From Eledone cirrhosa (Eukaryota): a stretch of DNA of 64,000 bases. The stretch lies in the NCBI GenBank assembly GCA_964016885.1, contig OZ024745.1, positions 60,202,001 through 60,266,000 of the forward strand, in the 5' to 3' direction. Below, one piece after another: positions 1-10,700 of this stretch (position 1 is the stretch's first letter; each line of letters begins with the position of its first letter). Below the pieces are notes generated by a model. That model was not told where the DNA came from and ran no database searches. It saw nothing but the letters and a program-made list of their open reading frames with translations. Made by a program: the position numbers and the translations under genes.

Positions 1-1317
1 ACCTCGACTTGGAGTGAGAACCTCGACTTGGAGTGAAAACCTCGACTTGGAGTGAAAACCTCGACTTGGAGTGAAAACCTCGACTTGGAGTGAAAACCTC
101 GACTAGGAGTGAGAACCTCGACTTGGAGTGAGAACCTCGACTTGGAGTGAGAACCTCGACTTGGAGTGAGAACCTCGACTTGGAGTGAGAACCTCGACTT
201 GGAGTGAGAACCTCGACTTGCAGTGAAAACCTCGACTTGGAGTGAGAACCTCGACTTGCAGTGAAAACCTCGACTTGGAGTGAGAACCTCGACTTGCAGT
301 GAAAACCTCGACTTGGAGTGAGAACCTCGACTTGGAGTGAAAACCTCGACTTGCAGTGAAAACCTCGACTTGCAGTGAGAACCTCGACTTGGAGTGAAAA
401 CCTCGACTTGGAGTGAAAACCTCGACTTGGAATGAAGACCTCGACTTGGAGTGAGAACCTCGACTTGGAGTGAGAACCTCGACTTGGAGTGAGAACCTCG
501 ACTTGGAGTGAGAACCTCGACTTGGAGTGAGAACCTCGACTTGGAGTGTAAACTGCGACTCTGAGTGAAAACCTCGACGTGGAGTGAGAACCTCGACTTG
601 GAGTGAAAACCTCGACTTGGAGTGAGAACCTCGACTTGGAGTGAGAACCTCGACTTGGAGTGAAAACCTCGACTTGGAGTGAAAACCTCGACTTGGAGTG
701 AAAACCTCGACTTGGAGTGAGAACCTCGACTTGGAGTGAAAACCTCGACTTGGAGTGAAAACCTCGACTTGGAGTGAGAACCTCGACTTGGAGTGAGAAC
801 CTCGACTTGGAGTGAGAACCTCGACTTGGAGTGTAAACTGCGACTCTGAGTGAAAACCTCGACTTGGAGTGAGAACCTCGACTTGGAGTGAAAACCTCGA
901 CTTGGAGTGAGAACCTCGACTTGGAGTCAGAACCTCGACTTGGAGTCAGAACCTCGACTTGGAGTCAGAACCTCGACTTGGAGTCAGAACCTCGACTTGG
1001 AGTCAGAACCTCGACTTGGAGTGAAAACCTCGACTTGGAGTGAAAACCTCGACTTGGAGTGAGAACCTCGACTTGGAGTCAGAACCTCGACTTGGAGTGA
1101 AAACCTCGACTTGGAGTGAAAACCTCGACTTGGAGTGAGAACCTCGACTTGGAGTGAGAACCTCGACTTGGAGTGAAAACCTCGACTTGGAGTGAGAACC
1201 TCTACTTGGAGTGAAAACCTCGACTTGGAGTGTAAACTGCGACTTGGAGTGAGAACCTCGACTTGGAGTGAAAACCTCGACTTGGAGTGTAAACTGCGAC
1301 TTGGAGTGTAAACTGCG

Positions 1318-1735
1318 ACTTGGAGTGTAATGTACAACTTGGAGCATAATGTACAACTTGGAGCATAATGTACGACTTGGAGCATAATGTACGACTTAGA
1401 GTGTAATGTAGGACTTAGAGTGTAATGTAGGACTTAGAGTGTAATGTAGGACTTAGAGTGTAATGTAGGACTTAGAGTGTAATGTAGGACTAGGAGCATA
1501 ATGTAGGACTAGGAGCATAATGTACGACTTGGAGTGTAATGTAGGACTTGGAGTGTAATGTAGGACTTGGAGTGTAAACTGCGAGTTGAAATATAAATTG
1601 CGACTTGGATTGTAAACCTTGACTTGCAGTGTATTGAACAACTTGGGGTGTATACTGCGGCTTGGAGTGTAAACTGCGGCTCCGAATATAAACTACGACT
1701 TGCAGTGTCATATATGACTCTGAGTGAAAACCTCG
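1318..1735 (+). repeat. Diverged-monomer cassette, representative first copy (22 x 19 bp = 418 bp)
   Basis: Ordered monomers: acttggagtgtaatgtaca, acttggagcataatgtac(a/g) x3, acttagagtgtaatgtagg x5, actaggagcataatgta(g/c)g x2, acttggagtgtaatgtagg x2, acttggagtgtaaactgcg. Then an 8-monomer core at 1584-1735: agttgaaatataaattgcg, acttggattgtaaaccttg, acttgcagtgtattgaaca, acttggggtgtatactgcg, gcttggagtgtaaactgcg, gctccgaatataaactacg, acttgcagtgtcatatatg, actctgagtgaaaacctcg. Confidence 0.95.
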
Positions 1736-4700
1736 ACTTGGAGTGAAAACCTCGACTTGGAGTGAGAACCTCGACTTGGAGTGAGAACCTCGACTTGGAG
1801 TGAAAACCTCGACTTGGAGTGAGAACCTCGACTTGGAGTGAAAACCTCGACTTGGAGTGAAAACCTCGACTTGGAGTGAGAACCTCGACTTGGAGTGAAA
1901 ATCTCGACTTGGAGTGAGAACCTCGACTTGGAGTGAAAACCTCGACTTGGAGTGAAAACCTCGACTTGGAGTGAGAACCTCGACTTGGAGTGAGAACCTC
2001 GATTTGGAGTGAAAACCTCGACTTGGAGTGAGAACCTCGACTTGCAGTGAAAACCTCGACTTGGAGTGAGAACCTCGACTTGCAGTGAAAACCTCGACTT
2101 GGAGTGAGAACCTCGACTTGGAGTGAAAACCTCGACTTGCAGTGAAAACCTCGACTTGGAGTGAGAACCTCGACTTGGAGTGAAAACCTCGACTTGGAGT
2201 GAAAACCTCGACTTGGAATGAAGACCTCGACTTGGAGTGAGAACCTCGACTTGGAGTGAGAACCTCGACTTGGAGTGAGAACCTCGACTTGGAGTGAGAA
2301 CCTCGACTTGGAGTGTAAACTGCGACTCTGAGTGAAAACCTCGACGTGGAGTGAGAACCTCGACTTGGAGTGAAAACCTCGACTTGGAGTGAGAACCTCG
2401 ACTTGGAGTGAGAACCTCGACTTGGAGTGAAAACCTCGACTTGGAGTGAAAACCTCGACTTGGAGTGAAAACCTCGACTTGGAGTGAGAACCTCGACTTG
2501 GAGTGAAAACCTCGACTTGGAGTGAAAACCTCGACTTGGAGTGAGAACCTCGACTTGGAGTGAGAACCTCGACTTGGAGTGAGAACCTCGACTTGGAGTG
2601 TAAACTGCGACTCTGAGTGAAAACCTCGACTTGGAGTGAGAACCTCGACTTGGAGTGAAAACCTCGACTTGGAGTGAGAACCTCGACTTGGAGTCAGAAC
2701 CTCGACTTGGAGTCAGAACCTCGACTTGGAGTCAGAACCTCGACTTGGAGTCAGAACCTCGACTTGGAGTCAGAACCTCGACTTGGAGTGAAAACCTCGA
2801 CTTGGAGTGAAAACCTCGACTTGGAGTGAGAACCTCGACTTGGAGTCAGAACCTCGACTTGGAGTGAAAACCTCGACTTGGAGTGAAAACCTCGACTTGG
2901 AGTGAGAACCTCGACTTGGAGTGAGAACCTCGACTTGGAGTGAAAACCTCGACTTGGAGTGAGAACCTCTACTTGGAGTGAAAACCTCGACTTGGAGTGT
3001 AAACTGCGACTTGGAGTGAGAACCTCGACTTGGAGTGAAAACCTCGACTTGGAGTGTAAACTGCGACTTGGAGTGTAAACTGCGACTTGGAGTGTAATGT
3101 ACAACTTGGAGCATAATGTACAACTTGGAGCATAATGTACGACTTGGAGCATAATGTAGGACTTAGAGTGTAATGTAGGACTTAGAGTGTAATGTAGGAC
3201 TTAGAGTGTAATGTAGGACTTAGAGTGTAATGTAGGACTAGGAGCATAATGTAGGACTAGGAGCATAATGTACGACTTGGAGTGTAATGTAGGACTTGGA
3301 GTGTAATGTAGGACTTGGAGTGTAAACTGCGAGTTGAAATATAAATTGCGACTTGGATTGTAAACCTTGACTTGCAGTGTATTGAACAACTTGGGGTGTA
3401 TACTGCGGCTTGGAGTGTAAACTGCGGCTCCGAATATAAACTACGACTTGCAGTGTCATATATGACTCTGAGTGAAAACCTCGACTTGGAGTGAAAACCT
3501 CGACTTGGAGTGAGAACCTCGACTTGGAGTGAGAACCTCGACTTGGAGTGAAAACCTCGACTTGGAGTGAGAACCTCGACTTGGAGTGAAAACCTCGACT
3601 TGGAGTGAAAACCTCGACTTGGAGTGAGAACCTCGACTTGGAGTGAAAATCTCGACTTGGAGTGAGAACCTCGACTTGGAGTGAAAACCTCGACTTGGAG
3701 TGAAAACCTCGACTTGGAGTGAGAACCTCGACTTGGAGTGAGAACCTCGATTTGGAGTGAAAACCTCGACTTGGAGTGAGAACCTCGACTTGGAGTGAGA
3801 ACCTCGACTTGGAGTGAGAACCTCGACTTGGAGTGAAAACCTCGACTTGGATTGAGAACCTCGACTTGGAGTAAAAACCTCGACTTGGAGTGAGAACCTC
3901 GACTTGGAGTGAGAACCTCGACTTGGAGTGAGAACCTCGACTTGAAGTGAGAACCTCGACTTGGAGTGAGAACCTCGACTTGGAGTGAAAACCTCGACTT
4001 GGAGTGAAAACTTCGACTTGGAGTGAGAACCTCGACTTGGAGTGAGAACCTCGACTTGGAGTGAGAACCTCGACTTGGAGTGAGAACCTCGACTTGGAGT
4101 GATAACCTCGACTTGGAGTGAGAACCTCGACTTGGAGTGAGAACCTCGACTTGGAGTGAAAACCGCGACTTGGAGTGAGAACCTCGACTTGGAGTGAAAA
4201 CCTCGACTTGGAGTGAGAACCTCGACTTGGAGTGAAAACCTCGACTTGGAGTGAGAACCTCGACTTGGAGTGAAAACCTCGACTTGGAGTGAGAACCTCG
4301 ACTTGGAGTGAGAACCTCGACTTTGAGTGAAAACCTCGACTTGGAGAGAGAACCTCGACTTGGAGTGAAAACCTCGACTTTGAGTGAAAACCTCGACTTG
4401 GAGTGAGAACCTCGACTTGGAGTGAGAACCTCGACTTGGAGTGAGAACCTCGACTTGGAGTGAGAACCTCGACTTGGAGTGAGAACCTCGACTTGGAGTG
4501 AGAACCTCGACTTGGAGTGAGAACCTCGACTTGGAGTGAGAACCTCGACTTGGAGTGAAAACCTCGACTTGGAGTGAGAACCTCGACTTGGAGTGAAAAC
4601 CTCGACTTGGAGTGAGAACCTCGACTTGGAGTGAAAACCTCGACTTGGAGTGAGAACCTCGACTTGGAGTGAAAACCTCGACTTGGAGTGAGAACCTCGA

Positions 4701-7700
4701 CTTGGAGTGAAAACCTCGACTTGGAGTGAGAACCTCGACTTGGAGTGAAAACCTCGACTTGGAGTGAGAACCTCGACTTGGAGTGAGAACCTCGACTTTG
4801 AGTGAAAACCTCGACTTGGAGAGAGAACCTCGACTTGGAGAGAGAACCTCGACTTGGAGTGAAAACCTCGACTTTGAGTGAAAACCTCGACTTGGAGTGA
4901 AAACCTCGACTTGGAGTGAGAACCTCGACTTGGAGTGGAAACCTCGACTTGGAGTGGAAACCTCGACTTGGAGTGAAAACCTCGACTTGGAGTGAGAACC
5001 TCGACTTGGAGTGAGAACCTCGACTTGGAGTGAGAACCTCGACTTGGAGTGAGAACCTCGACTTTGAGTGAAAACCTCGACTTGGAGTGAAAACCTCGAC
5101 TTGGAGTGAAAACCTCGACTTGGAGTGAGAACCTCGACTTGGAGTGAGAACCTCGACTTGGAGTGACAACCTCGACTTGGAGTGGAAACCTCGACTTGGA
5201 GTGAAAACCTCGACTTGGAGTGAATACCTCGACTTGGAATGAGAACCTCGACTTGGAGTGAGAACCTCGACTTGGAGTGAAAACCTCGGCTTGGAGTGAG
5301 AACCTTGACTTGGAGTGAGAACCTCGACTTGGAGTGAAAACCTCGACTTGGAGTGAGAACCTCGACTTGGAGTGAGAACCTCGACTTGGAGTGAGAACCT
5401 CGACGTGGAGTGAGAACCTCGACTTGGAGTGAGAACCTCGACTTGGAGTGAAAACCTCGACTTGGAGTGAGAACCTCGACTTGGAGTGAAAACCTCGACT
5501 TGGTGTGAGAACCTCGACTTGGAGTGAGAACCTCGACTTGGAGTGAAAACCTCGACTTGGAGTGAAAACCTCGACTTGGAGTGAAAACCTCGACTTGGAG
5601 TGAAAACCTCGACTTGGAGTGAGAACCTCGACTTGGAGTGAAAACCTCGACTTGGAGTGAGAACCTCTACTTGGAGTGAAAACCTCGACTTGGAGTGTAA
5701 ACTGCGACTTGGAGTGAGAACCTCGACTTGGAGTGAAAACCTCGACTTGGAGTGTAAACTGCGACTTGGAGTGTAAACTGCGACTTGGAGTGTAATGTAC
5801 AACTTGGAGCATAATGTACAACTTGGAGCATAATGTACGACTTGGAGCATAATGTACGACTTAGAGTGTAATGTAGGACTTAGAGTGTAATGTAGGACTT
5901 AGAGTGTAATGTAGGACTTAGAGTGTAATGTAGGACTTAGAGTGTAATGTAGGACTAGGAGCATAATGTAGGACTAGGAGCATAATGTACGACTTGGAGT
6001 GTAATGTAGGACTTGGAGTGTAATGTAGGACTTGGAGTGTAAACTGCGAGTTGAAATATAAATTGCGACTTGGATTGTAAACCTTGACTTGCAGTGTATT
6101 GAACAACTTGGGGTGTATACTGCGGCTTGGAGTGTAAACTGCGGCTCCGAATATAAACTACGACTTGCAGTGTCATATATGACTCTGAGTGAAAACCTCG
6201 ACTTGGAGTGAAAACCTCGACTTGGAGTGAGAACCTCGACTTGGAGTGAGAACCTCGACTTGGAGTGAAAACCTCGACTTGGAGTGAGAACCTCGACTTG
6301 GAGTGAAAACCTCGACTTGGAGTGAAAACCTCGACTTGGAGTGAGAACCTCGACTTGGAGTGAAAATCTCGACTTGGAGTGAGAACCTCGACTTGGAGTG
6401 AAAACCTCGACTTGGAGTGAAAACCTCGACTTGGAGTGAGAACCTCGACTTGGAGTGAGAACCTCGATTTGGAGTGAAAACCTCGACTTGGAGTGAGAAC
6501 CTCGACTTGCAGTGAAAACCTCGACTTGGAGTGAGAACCTCGACTTGCAGTGAAAACCTCGACTTGGAGTGAGAACCTCGACTTGGAGTGAAAACCTCGA
6601 CTTGCAGTGAAAACCTCGACTTGGAGTGAGAACCTCGACTTGGAGTGAAAACCTCGACTTGGAGTGAAAACCTCGACTTGGAATGAAGACCTCGACTTGG
6701 AGTGAGAACCTCGACTTGGAGTGAGAACCTCGACTTGGAGTGAGAACCTCGACTTGGAGTGAGAACCTCGACTTGGAGTGAGAACCTCGACTTGGAGTGT
6801 AAACTGCGACTCTGAGTGAAAACCTCGACGTGGAGTGAGAACCTCGACTTGGAGTGAAAACCTCGACTTGGAGTGAGAACCTCGACTTGGAGTGAGAACC
6901 TCGACTTGGAGTGAAAACCTCGACTTGGAGTGAAAACCTCGACTTGGAGTGAAAACCTCGACTTGGAGTGAGAACCTCGACTTGGAGTGAAAACCTCGAC
7001 TTGGAGTGAAAACCTCGACTTGGAGTGAGAACCTCGACTTGGAGTGAGAACCTCGACTTGGAGTGAGAACCTCGACTTGGAGTGTAAACTGCGACTCTGA
7101 GTGAAAACCTCGACTTGGAGTGAGAACCTCGACTTGGAGTGAAAACCTCGACTTGGAGTGAAAACCTCGACTTGGAGTGAAAACCTCGACTTGGAGTGAG
7201 AACCTCGACTTGGAGTCAGAACCTCGACTTGGAGTGAAAACCTCGACTTGGAGTGAAAACCTCGACTTGGAGTGAGAACCTCGACTTGGAGTGAGAACCT
7301 CGACTTGGAGTGAAAACCTCGACTTGGAGTGAGAACCTCTACTTGGAGTGAAAACCTCGACTTGGAGTGTAAACTGCGACTTGGAGTGAGAACCTCGACT
7401 TGGAGTGAAAACCTCGACTTGGAGTGTAAACTGCGACTTGGAGTGTAAACTGCGACTTGGAGTGTATGTACAACTTGGAGCATAATGTACAACTTGGAGC
7501 ATAATGTACGACTTGGAGCATAATGTACGACTTAGAGTGTAATGTAGGACTTAGAGTGTAATGTAGGACTTAGAGTGTAATGTAGGACTTAGAGTGTAAT
7601 GTAGGACTTAGAGTGTAATGTAGGACTAGGAGCATAATGTAGGACTAGGAGCATAATGTACGACTTGGAGTGTAATGTAGGACTTGGAGTGTAATGTAGG

Positions 7701-7776
7701 ACTTGGAGTGTAAACTGCGAGTTGAAATATAAATTGCGACTTGGATTGTAAACCTTGACTTGCAGTGTATTGAACA

Positions 7777-10700
7777 ACTTGGGGTGTATACTGCGGCTTG
7801 GAGTGTAAACTGCGGCTCCGAATATAAACTACGACTTGCAGTGTCATATATGACTCTGAGTGAAAACCTCGACTTGGAGTGAAAACCTCGACTTGGAGTG
7901 AGAACCTCGACTTGGAGTGAGAACCTCGACTTGGAGTGAAAACCTCGACTTGGAGTGAGAACCTCGACTTGGAGTGAAAACCTCGACTTGGAGTGAAAAC
8001 CTCGACTTGGAGTGAGAACCTCGACTTGGAGTGAAAATCTCGACTTGGAGTGAGAACCTCGACTTGGAGTGAAAACCTCGACTTGGAGTGAAAACCTCGA
8101 CTTGGAGTGAGAACCTCGACTTGGAGTGAGAACCTCGATTTGGAGTGAAAACCTCGACTTGGAGTGAGAACCTCGACTTGGAGTGAGAACCTCGACTTGG
8201 AGTGAGAACCTCGACTTGGAGTGAAAACCTCGACTTGGATTGAGAACCTCGACTTGGAGTAAAAACCTCGACTTGGAGTGAGAACCTCGACTTGGAGTGA
8301 GAACCTCGACTTGGAGTGAGAACCTCGACTTGAAGTGAGAACCTCGACTTGGAGTGAGAACCTCGACTTGGAGTGAAAACCTCGACTTGGAGTGAAAACT
8401 TCGACTTGGAGTGAGAACCTCGACTTGGAGTGAGAACCTCGACTTGGAGTGAGAACCTCGACTTGGAGTGAGAACCTCGACTTGGAGTGATAACCTCGAC
8501 TTGGAGTGAGAACCTCGACTTGGAGTGAGAACCTCGACTTGGAGTGAAAACCTCGACTTGGAGTGAGAACCTCGACTTGGAGTGAAAACCTCGACTTGGA
8601 GTGAGAACCTCGACTTGGAGTGAAAACCTCGACTTGGAGTGAGAACCTCGACTTGGAGTGAAAACCTCGACTTGGAGTGAGAACCTCGACTTGGAGTGAG
8701 AACCTCGACTTTGAGTGAAAACCTCGACTTGGAGAGAGAACCTCGACTTGGAGTGAAAACCTCGACTTTGAGTGAAAACCTCGACTTGGAGTGAGAACCT
8801 CGACTTTGAGTGAGAACCTCGACTTGGAGTGAGAACCTCGACTTGGAGTGAGAACCTCGACTTGGAGTGAGAACCTCGACTTGGAGTGAGAACCTCGACT
8901 TGGAGTGAGAACCTCGACTTGGAGTGAGAACCTCGACTTGGAGTGAGAACCTCGACTTGGAGTGAAAACCTCGACTTGGAGTGAGAACCTCGACTTGGAG
9001 TGAAAACCTCGACTTGGAGTGAGAACCTCGACTTGGAGTGAAAACCTCGACTTGGAGTGAGAACCTCGACTTGGAGTGAAAACCTCGACTTGGAGTGAGA
9101 ACCTCGACTTGGAGTGAAAACCTCGACTTGGAGTGAGAACCTCGACTTGGAGTGAAAACCTCGACTTGGAGTGAGAACCTCGACTTGGAGTGAGAACCTC
9201 GACTTTGAGTGAAAACCTCGACTTGGAGAGAGAACCTCGACTTGGAGAGAGAACCTCGACTTGGAGTGAAAACCTCGACTTTGAGTGAAAACCTCGACTT
9301 GGAGTGAAAACCTCGACTTGGAGTGAGAACCTCGACTTGGAGTGGAAACCTCGACTTGGAGTGGAAACCTCGAGTTGGAGTGAAAACCTCGACTTGGAGT
9401 GAGAACCTCGACTTGGAGTGAGAACCTCGACTTGGAGTGAGAACCTCGACTTGGAGTGAGAACCTCGACTTGGAGTGAAAACCTCGACTTGGAGTGAAAA
9501 CCTCGACTTGGAGTGAAAACCTCGACTTGGAGTGAGAACCTCGACTTGGAGTGAGAACCTCGACTTGGAGTGACAACCTCGACTTGGGGTGGAAACCTCG
9601 ACTTGGAGTGAAAACCTCGACTTGGAGTGAATACCTCGACTTGGAATGAGAACCTCGACTTGGAGTGAGAACCTCGACTTGGAGTGAAAACCTCGACTTG
9701 GAGTGAGAACCTTGACTTGGAGTGAGAACCTCGACTTGGAGTGAAAACCTCGACTTGGAGTGAGAACCTCGACTTGGAGTGAGAACCTCGACTTGGAGTG
9801 AGAACCTCGACGTGGAGTGAGAACCTCGACTTGGAGTGAGAACCTCGACTTGGAGTGAAAACCTCGACTTGGAGTGAGAACCTCGACTTGGAGTGAAAAC
9901 CTCGACTTGGTGTGAGAACCTCGACTTGGAGTGAGAACCTCGACTTGGAGTGAAAACCTCGACTTGGAGTGAAAACCTCGACTTGGAGTGAAAACCTCGA
10001 CTTGGAGTGAAAACCTCGACTTGGAGTGAGAACCTCGACTTGGAGTGAGAACCTCGACTTGGAGTGAGAACCTCGACTTGGAGTGAGAACCTCGACTTGC
10101 AGTGAAAACCTCGACTTGGAGTGAGAACCTCGACTTGCAGTGAAAACCTCGACTTGGAGTGAGAACCTCGACTTGCAGTGAAAACCTCGACTTGGAGTGA
10201 GAACCTCGACTTGCAGTGAAAACCTCGACTTGGAGTGAGAACCTCGACTTGGAGTGAAAACCTCGACTTGCAGTGAAAACCTCGACTTGGAGTGAGAACC
10301 TCGACTTGGAGTGAAAACCTCGACTTGGAGTGAAAACCTCGACTTGGAGTGAAAACCTCGACTTGGAGTGAAAACCTCGACTTGGAGTGAGAACCTCGAC
10401 TTGGAGTGAAAACCTCGACTTGGAGTGAAAACCTCGACTTGGAGTGAAAACCTCGACTTGGAGTGAGAACCTCGACTTGGAGTGAGAACCTCGACTTGGA
10501 GTGAGAACCTCGACTTGGAGTGTAAACTGCGACTCTGAGTGAAAACCTCGACTTGGAGTGAGAACCTCGACTTGGAGTGAAAACCTCGACTTGGAGTGAG
10601 AACCTCGACTTGGAGTCAGAACCTCGACTTGGAGTCAGAACCTCGACTTGGAGTCAGAACCTCGACTTGGAGTCAGAACCTCGACTTGGAGTCAGAACCT

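Noticed and set aside
1453-1711. Recurrent 62-aa (MFNTLQ...) and 73-aa (MTLQVV...) ORFs as a small multicopy gene family
   Set aside because: They are translations of the diverged 19-mer cassette in different frames and retain the LQV/TPS/HSKS repeat. I used them only as landmarks.
1318-1735. Cassette as an inserted MITE, SINE or Helitron fragment
   Set aside because: It parses entirely into in-phase 19-bp monomers of the same family, with no terminal inverted repeats, target-site duplication or foreign sequence.
1584-1735. 152-bp core as a nucleosome-positioning unit, and the AT-rich TATAAA/ATATAT words as a promoter
   Set aside because: The core boundary is my own choice, 19 bp is not a multiple of the helical repeat, and short AT-rich words are expected by chance in diverged monomers. 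There is no independent support.
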